DNA of 64,000 nucleotides, taken from Mobula hypostoma. Its lineage: Eukaryota. The notes beneath the pieces are model-generated. The model had not been told where the DNA came from. It did no database searches and worked only from the letters and a program-made list of their open reading frames with translations. The DNA lies in contig NC_086109.1 of NCBI RefSeq assembly GCF_963921235.1, positions 32,056,001-32,120,000 of the forward strand, read 5' to 3'. Shown in pieces: positions 13,470 through 26,055 of the stretch. The translations under genes were made by a program, and so were the position numbers. Position 1 is the stretch's first letter; every line of letters begins with the position of its first letter.

Positions 13470-14325
13470 GTGTGCCTGCAAGAATGAGCTGATTATTGAC
13501 TTCAGGAGGAGGAAACAAGGTCCATGAGCCAATCCTTTGGAGGTGGAAAGAGACAGCAATTTTAAGTTCCTCTGTGTTATCATTCCAGTGGATCTGTCCT
13601 GGACCCAGCATGTAAGTACAAAGAAAGCATAGCAGTGCCTCTACTTCCTTAAAAGTTTGCAGAGGTTTATCATGACACCTAAAACTTTGACAAACTTCTA
13701 TACAGGTGTAGTACAGGGTACATTGACTGGTTGCATCATGAGCTGGTATGGAAACACCAATCCTCTTGAATGGAAAATCCTACAAAAGTAGAGGATACTG
13801 CCCAGTCCATCACAGGTAAACACCTCCCAACCATTGAGCACATCAATATGAAATGCTGTTGCAAAAAAAAAAGCAGCTTCCATCATCAGGGATCTCTACC
13901 ACCCAGGCCATGCTCTCTTCTCACTGCTGCCATCCAGAAAAAGGTACAAAAGCCTCAGGACTTACACCTCCAGTTCAGGAACAGTTATTAACACTCAACT
14001 ATTGGGCTTTTGAACCAACTTCACTTGCCCCATCATTGAAATATTCCCATAACCAATGGACTCACTTTCAAGGACTCTTCATCTCATGTTCCTAATATTT
14101 ATTGCTTATTTACTTATTATAATTATTTATTTCTTCTTCTATTAGGACAGTTTGTTGTCTTCTGCACTCGGTTTGAATGCACAAGTTTGGTGGTCTTTCA
14201 TTGATTCTGTTATGGTTATTATTCTATGGATTTATTGAGTATGTCCACAGGAAAATGAATCTCGGTGTTATATGGTGACACATTTGTAGTTTCATAATAA
14301 ATTTACTTTGAACTTTTGAACTTTG
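13470..14325 (+). mobile_element. Rex1/Babar LINE 3' fragment
   Basis: Encodes ELIIDFRR, FKFL.V.I..DLSW, LYFL, LTNFY...LTGCI..WYG. Ends in aataaatttactttgaacttttgaactttgaa. Confidence 0.85.
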
Positions 14326-15037
14326 AATATTTTTAGTAGAAATTATTGGCACCATGGGAAAAGAAAGACAGTGTTAGATCAGAAAACTATATTACAATGA
14401 ACATAGATTTTACAGATATGCTGAATTCAAAAATTTCACTGCCTTTATACTGTATATTTACTGCACACAGTTGTCAGGGACATTTCAGTGTTACTTTGTG
14501 GATGCTTTCTTTATAAAGCATTGCAAATTGAAATGCCTGCAATCAGCCTTTGCATCACAGTTAATCATGATTAACATAATGTTAAGTCAATGAATAAAAC
14601 AACATTAAATGTGGATGGTGTTTCAGAGAGAATTATTAATGAAAATGAGGTCAGAGTGAGATATGATCCTAAAATTCTAGAAGATGGAATATGCTCCTCA
14701 TTGCCAAGCCAGCGGCAAACTGGAACAGTGTAATTAACAGGATGGCTGGAGCTGAGCAGCAGCTGGGCTATGCCCAACGGTTGATCAATGCCTTTTCAGT
14801 TTCCAATTGGTAAGTTTCCAGTCATTGCTAAGTTATCAGTGTGAAATGCAATGTGCACACGAGTCTCTAACAGTTTTGTATGGAAGCTGATGGCAGAGAG
14901 AGACACTATGACAGAACAGACTTTCTGTGACATCTACACGATCCAGGTCAGAATGCCCAGTCTCAGTTGTGATAGTCGGCCATACACATTCTGGCCAGTC
15001 AAAGGCTAATCACATAATTACTTATTTATACATATTA

Positions 15038-15500
15038 GAACATAAGACTGAGGAGAAAAATTAGGCCATTTGGCCCATCTACTGAGCTCCACCATTCAAT
15101 CACAGCAGATTTATTATCCCTCTAAACTCCATTATCCTGCTTTCTCCCAGTAACCTTTGACACTCTGACTAATCAAGAACCTATCAACCTCCACTTTAAA
15201 TATACTCAATGACTTGCCCTCCACAAACATCCATGGCAGTGAATTCTACAAATTCATCACCCTCTGGCTAAAGAACTTCCTCCTCATCTCTGTTCTAAAT
15301 GTACATCCCTTTATTCTGATGCTGTGCCCTCTGGTCCTAGAATCACCCACTTTATGAAACATCCTCTCCATCCAGGTCTGAGAGTATTTGATAGGTTTCA
15401 ATGAGATCCCCCTTTACTCTTCTAAATTCCAGCAAGTACAGGCTCAGAGCCATCAGATGCTCCTCATACAAAAGCTTTTCATTCCCCTAATCATTTTCCT
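15038..15500 (-). mobile_element. Old CR1 3' fragment
   Basis: Homologous to 1320-1690 (gaattctacaaattcatcaccctctggctaaagaacttcctcc), with a cataaga-type tail. Confidence 0.8.
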
Positions 15501-17137
15501 TTGAACTCTCTCTTTTGGGATTTAGGTTTTTGAAGCTGAATTCAGTAGTTTTGGATAATAAACAAAGGGACTGAAGCAGACAGTCAACTTGGGCCCTTTT
15601 GTCTTGGCCTAGTGCACACAGAAGTTATGATTTCTCCTTCTGATGATGAGCCCACAGCCAAGCCTTTGTTATTGTGAATTCGAATATTCCAAAGTTCTTC
15701 CAGTCCATCATACATAGATTGCTGGTACTCCTCCAAGGATTGTCACTTTGTCATGGTGAAGAGGCTTGTGACTTCCTGAGATCTGGACTGTGATGCCATC
15801 TGGAGTTTAGCCATCTGTCGCTTAACTCCAGGTAGGGACACCCTTGGCGGTAAGGTCAAGGGGGAAGTTCCAGACAAAGACTGATTCAACCAAGACATCA
15901 GCCTTGGAGCGGGTGAAAGTTGATGACTCATCACAACGGTAGTGAAGGCGGAGGAAGGCTGCAACAGTGAAGGGTCCGGTCATGTTGCATTCCAAGGCAT
16001 TGGATCCTGACCTGATCTGTCAAGGACCACCCATACATCAGCTTCCCCACATTTAACAAGGTCAAGCACAGGCATGTTCCATTAAGGGAATATACCCTAG
16101 CATTCCAGATTATGCCCATGAAGATCCACCAACAGACAACCCCTGAGGAGAACATCATACTTGATTTGAGTGATCGCTACTACTACTATTAGAATGGAAG
16201 CAATTCAAAATTGCTGCCCCTATCCTTAAAATCACCTTCCCATTGACCTGTCACACATTTGTCAAGCTACAATGGTTGCTTTTTAACAAAGACTCGTATC
16301 TACAATTTCTATCCTTGTTCACAAACTGCTATGTGAGTCGTTCCCTCTAAGATCACCTCCAACTCTACAGTCCTTTGACAGTTTTCCTCCAGTCTGGATG
16401 GGGAAAAATAGCAAGTGGAGCTCAGAAACTGAGCTAGAGATGGGTAAAGAAAGCTCTGGGTGAGGAAAGAGAACAACAAAGGACCAAAATTAAACTGCAG
16501 CTCAGAATTCCCTCCTTTATCCTTGAGTGGTCCTACCCTCTTGTTTTTAAATGTATGTGTAAAAGGCCTAAGGATTCAGTTTAATCCTTCTTCTCAAAGG
16601 CACCTCGTTATCCATTGTGCCCTTTCTAATTCTTTGCTTGGGTTCTTTCCTGCTTTCTTTATATTCCTCAAAGGCCCTGACTAATTTCAGCTTCCTAAGC
16701 TTGTACAGGCTTATTTTTTTCCTTTTTGAATACCCTTTTCTCGCAATCTTTCTTATCATCTAAGATTGCCTTACTTTGCCATTTTAGTTCGTCCTCTTTA
16801 CTGAGATATGTTGGTCCTGAATACTGATCATCTGCTTGTTAAATAATTCCAACATGTCAGATATGAACCTGCCAAATAGCAACTGCTGCCAGTTTACTCC
16901 ACCTCATTCCTTTCAAATCCACAATAGAAATCAGGACTGTTCTATTTGTGTTCTGCTCTTTCTTTCACAATGTTAAGGAGTTGCTGAAAGGACTTTCAAC
17001 ACTGGTTGCAGCCAAAAAAAAAAATCCCTCTCCTGCAAAAGCCACAGGCAATATTCTATTCAATTTGCACAGGTTAATTAAAAATTCCTAATACAATGAT
17101 ATAGATACTCAGTGGCCACTCCATTAGGTACAGGAGA

Positions 17138-17922
17138 TGCCATATTAAATTTTGTAAAATATTGAATGAATGTCTGAGCAGTTAAAATTACAATTTAACT
17201 CTTTCTGAACCCTTAACATGTGGGGACTGTAGAATGCTTGTTAGTGAGTATTGTTTGTTAGTGAGTAGACACTGTTAATGACTGTAGAATGTTTGCTGAT
17301 AGCAGCTGGATTCTTTCTTATTATCAGGCACTATTAAAATGCATATGTCAGTCAAATTGGCTTGATGAATTCTATTTTGGATTTGGGTTTATTGCTTATA
17401 TGTAATATTAATGTTCTTTTGCGAGTCCAGGGAATATTGTGTCCAAAACATTGGTGGACTAATGGATAAGGGGTGACCATTAAAGTGTCTAATTGGTTTA
17501 TGAAGTTATGCTGAACACTGTGTTAATGAACATAGTGTTAGTTGAATAAAAGAAAGAGGACTTAGAGTTTGTCAATCTCATGGTGGTCTTCACTTAGGAA
17601 ACTCATATTTATTGGAGTGCCTTTTCTGGTTTCATTAGACTTCAAAAGAGGACCAGAAATTGCAATGGGTGCCTAGGACCCAGGGGTGGTTTCACGAGTG
17701 AATCGGAATTCGGAGTTGCCCCGAAAACAGCAAAAGCTGTTTTTAAGAATCAAGAGCCCTGAAATCTTTATGACATGCTACGTAGTAATTAGTGTGGTTT
17801 ATTTGTGTTTTCTGTTTTATGATAATAAGTTAGGCTTAAGTTACTTTATTGTGCTTGTACAATTACTACCACATCTCCTGGACACTTGAAAAGTTTGGTT
17901 CTGATCAACCCAGCATGTTACA
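17138..17922. mobile_element. Probable solo LTR inserted in the Tc1 derivative
   Basis: Begins TG (tgccat) and ends CA (tgttaca), flanked by ggaga/ggagg. Excision rejoins ttaggtaca-ggagg-catctaataaaatggc, a TIR-like fold-back. No ORF; AATAAA at ~17545. Confidence 0.45.
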
Positions 17923-18304
17923 GGAGGCATCTAATAAAATGGCGACTAGGGGTCATCTTGTATGTTCATGTTCTACTGCTGCTGCAGCTCATCTACTTCA
18001 AATTTTGATGTGTTGTATGTTCAGAGATGCTCTTCTGCTCACCACTGCTGTAACATGTGGTTATTTGAGTTACTATTACTTTCCTGTCAGCTTGAACCAA
18101 AATGGTCATTCTCTTCTGACCTCTCTCACTAACAAAGCATTTTCACCCACAGAACTGATGCCCTCTGCTGTAAACCCTAGAAACCATCATGTTTGAAAAT
18201 CCCAGGAGATCAGCAGTTTCTGAGATACACAAACCACCCCAACTGGCACCAACAATCATTCCACGGTCAAACTCACTTAGGTCACATATCCTCCCCATTC
18301 TGAT

Positions 18305-18571
18305 TCTTTTTTAGCGTGTCGCACCAGTCAGCCATTCTTGTCTGGCGTGTGGTGTCAGGATAGGTCACCTTTCAGATTAACCGGGTCACGATATGAACAT
18401 TCCTGACGTGACTCTTGATTTTTTTTTTTTACGAAGCTGAGTGGCCAGCTTGATGCTTAACCCAGCACAGATGGAAAGTGTGCTCGGAGGGTAGCCCGAT
18501 TTGGATTCGAACTCTGGAGCCTTCACTCCAGAGTCCGGCGTTGATGCCATTGCGCCACCAGCCAGCCCCCA
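18305..18571 (-). mobile_element. tRNA-derived SINE with intact Pol III boxes
   Basis: The minus strand has A box TGGCGCAATGG and B box GTTCGAATC. An 8-bp TSD attctgat is at 18297-18304 and 18572-18579. CpG-rich, which suggests a young copy. Confidence 0.85.
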
Positions 18572-19869
18572 ATTCTGATGTTTGGTCTGAACAACAGCTG
18601 AACCTCTTGACCATGTCTGCATGCTTTTGTGCATTGAGTTCCTACCACATGATTGACTGATTAGATATTTGCATTAATGAACAGAAGTACAGGTACACCT
18701 AACAGAGTGGTCACTTAGTGCAGTTGAAAAATATTTGGAAACAGATTTGTATCTTACAATTCATGTAAAAAATAATTGTAATCCCTGGTGAAGAGTTAAA
18801 AGACTGGGTGCAAAATGCAAGGCTCTCCAATTCATCTTCTCTGGAACCATTGACAAGGGCTGAGCACAACCCACCTCATCACCTGTCCCTACTCATCTGC
18901 AATGGTTATAAGTAATTGTCAGGTGATTCTAAGCATAAAATACAGATCTTCAGTTAGTTCCTATCTAGACAACAAACTGCTGTTTGATTGAGCAGCTAAG
19001 GTACTTCATTTCAGAGAACAACATAATTGTTCAGGAATACCAAATTGGATTAACGTTAACAACTAACCAAGCAGTTACATTTCACTTCTCGATCAAAAGA
19101 CGACATTGCTTATTGCAAAGTTAAATTTCAACGGGGGTCTCAGTAGTGAAGGCTTGTACAGTTATTTATCATCTTGTCACATTATAGAATTGTAACAATT
19201 GTGACTATTTCTGCTGAACTTAGCCATGGCAAAGTGATAAATTGACAAGTGATGAAAATGTCCTTCGAGAGTTGCTGGTGATCCAGCTGACTCCACAGAG
19301 TTTGCAGATTCACAGGAACTTCTGCAGCACTATTTAAATATTGCATGTTATATCCACATTTAAAAAGGTGTAACACCTGAGCAACACTCAGATGCAATAA
19401 TTGAAAAAGTATTTACAAGATAAAAGATGCCGACATTGAATCTTTACATTTACTCAGTTTGAATTCATTTGTTTATGTTACCGCTTCATGTTCGCAATAA
19501 TCAGCTGTACCTGAAATGCAGCCATCTGTCACAGACAATGTCTTATCTACAGCATACGTTACATGAAAATTTCAACCATGTGTAGTCTGGATTTGAGTTT
19601 GTTAGAACATAAAACATGAATTGGCCCTTTGGCCCATAATATTTGGCCAATCATGATACCAAATTTAACCAAATTAAACTAAATCTCTTTTGCCTGCACT
19701 TATTTGATATCCTTCCATTCCCTGCATTCTCATGAATGGATATGGATCGTGTGCCTGCAGAAGACATTTAGTTTAACCTGGCATCGTGTTCAGCACAGAC
19801 ATTTTATCAGATATGCTAAAGTGCCTTGATGCAAAAGAATGCCATTCAGCATATCATAAACACATAAAC

Positions 19870-20205
19870 ACTTTTCTCACTGCTGCCATCAGGTAAAAGT
19901 TACAAGAGCCTCAGGACTCACACCACCAGGTTCAAGAACAGTTACTGCCCCTCAAGCATCAGGCTCTTAAACTATACTTCTGGTGTTCCCACAACTGATG
20001 GTCTCATTTTAAGTACCCTCTATCTTACTTCATGCTCTCATTATTTATTGTTGTTTATTTATTTTTGCATTTGCACAGTTTGTTGTTCACTGATCCTGTT
20101 CACAGTTAGTGTTCTATAGATTTGCTAAGTATGGCCGTAGAAAAAGAATCTCAGGGTTTATGTGGTGACACGTGTGTACTCTGATAATAAATTTTACTTT
20201 GAACT
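19870..20205 (+). mobile_element. Rex1/Babar 3' end
   Basis: ttctcactgctgccatcagg...caccaccaggttcaagaacagttac matches 13915-13990. Tail gataataaattttactttgaacttt. Confidence 0.8.
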
Positions 20206-21124
20206 TTAAGATTCTGCAGATACTGGAAATCCAGTGCAACACACACACAAAGTCTCTCCAGCATTTTGCGTATGCTGCCGTTCAGTACATTTCATCTTTT
20301 CTGGCTGTTTGGAAGAGAAATCCATTTACTCCATTGTTCCACTCCTTCACCATATCAGTATCAAGTTCACTTTTGAAGCTGTTCCATTCACAGTTACTCT
20401 AATGTTTCATCATCAGAACCATTTGTAAATCTCTTCCCTACCCTCTTCAAACGCCTCAGCTTGTTTCTTGAAATGTGGTGACCAGAGTTGGAAGGAGCAT
20501 TACAGTTAGTGCCAAGCTTTTAATTTATATCAGTGAAATGATCAACCATGCTTTCTCAGTGAGGGTAGATTTCATGTTTCCTTCTGGGGACTAGATCTCC
20601 ATGCACATCATAAGAAATAGGTTATAGGACCGGTCATTTCACTTTCCACAGACATGCCTGACCTGCTGGGTGGTTTCCAGCCTTTCCACATGCTGCCTCT
20701 AATTCATTTTCCTTGTCTGAAAGCCTTTCGATATTTTCCATACTCAAAAAGGTATTTATACTAATAGGAAAGCCAAAACTCAAATAACTCTCTGCTTTCC
20801 ACGTGCATTCATGACACATTTTCTGATTGTCCATTTGCTCATATAGCCTATAAAAAGTTATATTTTCTTTCTTACCTTTAAAGGAAATTGCCATTTATTT
20901 GGGTCAGAGAATATTGATTCAACACTGAAGAATGGGGAGAAACAAATCTGTAATAAGAAAAGGTGAAACATTCCCTAAGAATATAGTTCTGAGGTTCTGT
21001 TGACGACATCGTTCAGAATGGCAGCTTAAATCAACAGCTCCTCCAGAGAAACGCATATTTTGCTCTGTTAATCCATCAAGTATAAGATCCTTCAAAAATA
21101 TCTGAATTGATAAGCAGGGCAAGA

Positions 21125-22141
21125 ATGGGGAGAAAGAATGGAGATTAAAAAAGCACCACTACGAAGCCTATGGAAGAGAGAGGTACAACGCGCAGCTCTC
21201 CTACACGTGCGTGGCGGCGAGGCTAACGCTGGGCCTCGTACAGGCGAAGTGGCAAATATGATAAAGATTCTGAAAGAGATAAGGGAAGTTCAAAAAGATA
21301 TAAAGCAGCAACTCAGTGATATAAAGTCAGAGCTCGCCAACGTCAATCAGAAAATCACAGTGGCAGAGACCCGAATTGAGAAGGTGGAAGATCGCGTGCA
21401 AAACATGGAACAGATACTAAGTAAGACGATAAGAATATTAAATCAACAGGAAAGTAAATTGCTTGACCAGGAGAGACGGTCGCAACGGAAAAATATCAGG
21501 ATTTATAATGTTCCCGAAGGAGTGGAGGGATTGTTGATGATGGACTTTGTAGACAAGATGCTGCGGGAAGTGCTGGAGATTCCCCCGACTATGGAGATTG
21601 AAACTGAGAGGACACATCGTGCGCTCATCCAGCGGCCTCCCGGAGACAGACAAAGTAAACAGAGCTCAATAGTACTTAAATTCCTTCGATTCAAGAGCAA
21701 GGCGGAGGTTCTACAAAGGGTCTGGGGTAAGAAGAGGGTTTTTTGGAACGGGAACTTAATGTACTTCGATCATGATTTCCCCCCCCACCCCCACCCCGTG
21801 GTCCTACAGAAACGGAAGGAATATTCCGAAGTGAAACAAATATTAAAACAAGAAAAGATTAAATTCCAAACCCGTACCCTGCTGAACTGAGAGTATTTTA
21901 CCAAGAAGGGATGCGACTGTACCAGACTGTGGAAGAGGCGACTACAGACATGAACAACAGAGGACTGTCCATTAGCGTGGTCAAACCAAGGGAAAGTCTG
22001 GCTGAGCAGTTATCCCGAGCTGCTTGGGAAATAGTAAGAGAACCTAGAAAGCAGGGGACAGGAGCAGGATAAGAGAAGGATATTAGGAAGAGACTGTCAG
22101 TTCTCCGAGGGTAACCCTCACCTCCTCCAGAAGAGCCATAA
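21125..22141 (+). pseudogene. L1 ORF1p (coiled coil, RRM, CTD), frameshifted
   Basis: ORF 21138-21890 has a heptad-rich region followed by RRSQRKNIRIYNVPEG, ERTHR and YFDHD. It continues after a 1-nt frameshift as YPAELRVFYQEG. Start and end are approximate. Confidence 0.9.
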
Positions 22142-22702
22142 GATTCGGTTAACTTTAAAAGTGCTGATAAACTAAACGGAAGCAAAAATAGACGGTGATA
22201 TACTTATCTCGAGAAATACATGTTATAATGTGGATTTTATATTACTCAATTTTTTTAAATTCATTTATTCATTCCTTTTTCCCCACCTAAATGAGAATAT
22301 ATATATGGGAGGAATACACAGGGAAATCATTTCTGTGTAATGGACAATTTTTTTTACTTACTTTTATAGGTACAGCAGCGGGGGCCCTCAACCCACAGGT
22401 AGAAGGGGCTATCCCCCACTGCTAGACTTTTCTTCTAGCCCAACCCAGGGTCATCTAAAGACCCCAGCCTTGGAATCACACTTTTGTTACCTTTTTTTTT
22501 TATTTTTCACATTTCTTGGCTCTTATTTGTTCAGGGAGTAGATCGATTAAATTATATTCTGCAAATTTCAATGATATACTAACAGATAAATACACATGGC
22601 TAAGGACAAAGTAAAATTCATTTCTTTTAAAGTCAGTGGGCTGTTGAATCCAGTCAAGCACAGTAAAATTCTATTAAAAATGAAAAAAGAACAAGCCCAT
22701 GT

Positions 22703-23388
22703 TAGATTAGATTATTAGATTATGAGGACAAGCAGTTCTCTTTTATTGTCATTTAGTAATGCATGCATTAAGAAATGATACAATTTGTTCCTCCAGAATG
22801 ATATCACAGAAACACAAGACAAACCAAGACTAAAAAAACTGACAAAAAACACATAATTATAACATATAGTTACAACAGTGCAAGCAATACCGTAATTTGA
22901 TAGAAGAACAGACCATGGGCACGGTAAAAAGTCTCAAAGTCTCTCGAAAGTCCCATCATCTCACACAGACGGTTGAAGGGAGAAACTCTTCCTGCCATGA
23001 GCTTCCAGCGCCGCAAGCTTGCCGATGCAGCACCCTGGAAGCACCCGACCGCAGTCCGACTCCAAGTCCGTTCGAAAACTTCGAGCCTCTGACCAGCTCT
23101 CCGACACTGAGTACCGAGCACCATCCCTGCTGAGTGCTTCGACCCTGGCCCTGGCAACAGGCAATAGGCAAAGCCGAGGATTTGGGGCCTTCCGCTCTGG
23201 AGATTCTCGATCACACAGTAGCAGCGGCAGCGAAGCGGGCATTTCAGAAATTTCTCCAGATGTACCTCTGTGCTTCTCACGGCTGTCTCCATCAAATCAG
23301 GATTGTGCACTGCATCCTAGTTCACAAATACGATATCATTCGGAGCGGCCGCGCGCACTATGTCGCACCGCCATCTTCTCCTCCCCCT
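22703..23388 (-). mobile_element. Non-autonomous retroelement with (AATCT)n tail, nested in the L1 endonuclease domain
   Basis: 5-bp TSD catgt (22698-22702 and 23389-23393); removal restores EQAHVVYLQETH. CpG-rich 5' part begins ggagAAGATGGCGg on the minus strand. The 3' ~200 bp match 56055-56240. Confidence 0.88.
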
Positions 23389-24327
23389 CATGTAGTATAT
23401 TTACAGGAAACTCACTTAAGTGATAATGAGCATGGAAAATTTAAAGAGAATGGGCTTCACTAATTTGTTTTTCTCCGCATATAAATCAGGACATAGAAGA
23501 GGAGTTGATATTCTCATCTCAAATAAGCTAAATATTGAAAAAGTATTCGAAATGGGAGATAAAGAGGGCAGATATATTCTGGTAAGGGGGAATATAGATG
23601 GAAATCCAGTTACTTTATTGAATATATACGCACCCCCAGGAAGTGATATTAGTTTCTTCCAGAAAATTACTGATATGGTAACGGAAAGAGAAGGTCTCTT
23701 GATGTGTGGGGGAGACTTAAATTTACAATTACAACCAAAGTTAGACCCTTCCAACCGAAAAACTTAGGAAACAAAGTGCTTACATAAGAAAGTTAACACT
23801 GTTTTTGAGGATGTTGGTCTAATTTATATATGGAGGGATCTTTTCCCCGACAGAAGGGATTACACTCATTATTCTGCCCCCCATTCCGTATATACAAGAA
23901 TAGACTATTTCGTAACATTTGGAAAAGATAGAGACAAAATAATCACCTGTGGAATTGGGTCAATAGATGTAAGTGACCATGCACCTATATATTTATCTGT
24001 TGATCTTGACCTACAACCAAAGAATACTGTTTGGAAACTAAATTCAAGTTTACTCAATGATCCCTATTTTAAGGAACGAACTAAAAAAGAAATTGGTCTT
24101 TACTTAGAATTCAATGATAATAGAGAGGTTTCACCTCCCATTCTATGGGATACTCTGAAGGCTGTCTTAAGAGGGGAAATTATAGCGATATCTTCATATA
24201 AGAAAAAAATAAGGAATAGAACACTAAAGGAATTACAAAATAAGCTGAAGGAACTAGAAAAAAAACAAATTGAGTTTGGCACAGGGTACACTAGAGGAAA
24301 TTTGAAAAATTAGGAATGAAATTAATA

Positions 24328-24460
24328 CTCTTCCTTCACTCTTTACTCACTCTTCCTTCAGTTAGTCCTGACGAAGGGTCTCAGCCTGAAACGTCGACTG
24401 CACCTCTTCCTACAGATGCTGCCTGGCCTGTTGCGTTCACCAGCAACTTTGATGTGTGTT
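24328..24460 (+). mobile_element. 133-bp Penelope-like terminal repeat insertion
   Basis: 14-bp TSD gaatgaaattaata (24314-24327 and 24461-24474). Homologous to the terminal repeat of the GIY-YIG element at 24983-26092. Confidence 0.9.
24363..24400 (+). ncRNA. Minimal type I hammerhead ribozyme motif
   Basis: Stem I UAGUC/GACUG, core CUGACGA (24368-24374), stem II AGG/CCU, GAAA (24388-24391), palindromic ACGU in place of stem III, and a GUC cleavage triplet ending at 24395. Confidence 0.8.
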
Positions 24461-25409
24461 GAATGAAATTAATAGTTTGGCTAAACAAGAAATTAGAAAA
24501 AAGATAATGTTTCTGAAACATAGACACTTTGAAAGTGGATCTAAATCTATGAAAATACTGGCAGAAAAAAAAGATAGCAGAAAATACAATTCATAGAATA
24601 AGGGATCCAAGAACAAAGGTGATTAAAAAAAAATAAATAAGCTAAGTGAAATTCAAGAAGCTTTTGAAACATTTTACAAAACTATATTCTAAAGTTCCAG
24701 GGGGAAGCATAACCCAAATTGACACCTTCCTGAATTCTTTAGAGTTACCCACTTTAAGCAAAGAACAAAATAGAACAATGACTGCTGACATAACTGAAGC
24801 TGAACTAAAAACTGCAGTTAGTAGGCTTAAATTAAGCAAGTCACCAGGATCAGATGGATAAACAGCAGAGTGGTATAAAGAGTTTAGAAGTGAGTTAATT
24901 CCTATTTTACTCCCCACACTGAACTGGACCCTAAGAAATGCGCAAATGCCACCCAGCTGGAAGGAGGCGATAGTCTCAGCTAACAACAGGAATTCTGCAG
25001 ATGCTGGAAATTCAAGCAACACACATCAAAGTTGCTGGTGAACGCAGCAGGCCAGGCAGCATCTCTAGGAAGAGGTACAGTCGACGTTTCAGGCCGAGAC
25101 CCTTTATCAGGACTAATGGAAAGAAGAGCTAGTGAGAGATTTGAAAGTGGGAGGGGGAGGGGAGATCCAAAATGATAGGAGAAGACAGGAGGGGGAGGGA
25201 TGGAGCCAAGAGCTGGACAGGTGATTGGCAAAGGGAATATGAGAGGATTATGGGACAGGAGGCCCGGGGAGAAAGGCAAAGTGGGGGGTGGAACCCAGAG
25301 GATGGGCAAGGGGTATAGTGAGAGGGACAGAGGGAGAAAAAGGAGAGTGAGAGAAAGAATGTGTGTATAAAAATAAATAACGGATGGGGTACGAGGGGGA
25401 GGTGGGGCA

Positions 25410-25694
25410 TTAACGGAAGTTAGAGAAGTCAATGTTCATGCCATCAGGTTGGAGGCTACCCAGACGGAATATAAGGTGCTGTTTCTCCAACCTGAATGTG
25501 GCTTCATCTTTACAGTAGAGGAGGCCGTGAACAGACATGTCAGAATGGGATGTGGAATTAAAATGTGTGGCCACTGAGAGATCCTGCTTTCTCTGGCGGA
25601 CAGAGCGTAGGTGTTCGGCAAAGCGGTCTCTCAGTCTGCGTCGGATCTCGCCAATACATAGAAGGCCACATCGGGAGCACCGGACGCAGTATAT
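25410..25694 (-). pseudogene. Penelope GIY-YIG endonuclease domain, C-terminal fragment (absent from the ORF track in this frame)
   Basis: My manual translation: IYCVRCSRCGLLCIGEIRRRLRDRFAEHLRSVRQRKQDLSVATHFNSTSHSDMSVHGLLYCKDEATFRLEKQHLIFRLGSLQPDGMNIDFSNFR*. It shows IY..CxxC..(Y>C)IG, R..EH, VA.HF and P.G.N. Confidence 0.88.
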
Positions 25695-26055
25695 CGCAGT
25701 ATATCAGACAGTCCCCAGGTGAGGCGACACTTCACCTGTGAGTCGGCTGGAGTGCTAATGTCCCACCTCCCCCTCGTACCCCATCCGTTATTTATTTTTA
25801 TACACACATTCTTTCTGTCTCTCTCCTTTTTCTCCCTCTGTCCCTCTGTCTATACCCCTTGCCCATCCTCTGGGTTCCCCCCCCCCGCCCTTGTCTTTCT
25901 CCCTGGGCCTCCTGTCCCATGATCCTCTCATATCCTCTTTGCCAATCACCTGTCCAGCTCTTGGCTCCATCTCTCCCCCTCCTGTCTTCTCCTATCATTT
26001 TGGATCTCCCCCTCCCCCTCCCACTTTCAAATCTCTTACTAACTCTTCCTTCAGT

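Larger units (their letters stand above)
17106..18722 (-). mobile_element. Tc1/mariner non-autonomous derivative interrupted by two insertions
   Basis: Imperfect TIRs: ctcagtggccactccattaggtac at ~17108-17131 and gtacacctaacagagtggtcacttagtg at ~18693-18720. The minus strand from ~18298 reads MGRICDLSEFDRGMIVGA and, after a frameshift, ISETADLLGFS, the typical Tc1 transposase N-terminal HTH. Confidence 0.75.

Noticed and set aside
17129..17926. hAT insertion suggested by the 8-bp direct repeat tacaggag
   Set aside because: There are no terminal inverted repeats inside the 8-mers; TG..CA ends with a 5-bp TSD explain the same pattern better.
18490..18571. tRNA gene
   Set aside because: A and B boxes are present, but the sequence continues into a SINE body flanked by a TSD and I see no convincing cloverleaf.
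22870..23463. Cluster of overlapping 70-146-aa ORFs
   Set aside because: They lie in the GC-rich non-coding insert where stops are rare; only the last codons (VVYLQETHL) are genuine L1 ORF2.
24980..25432. Pro/Leu/Ser-rich ORFs (also 25719-26128)
   Set aside because: These are translations of the pyrimidine-rich Penelope terminal repeat.
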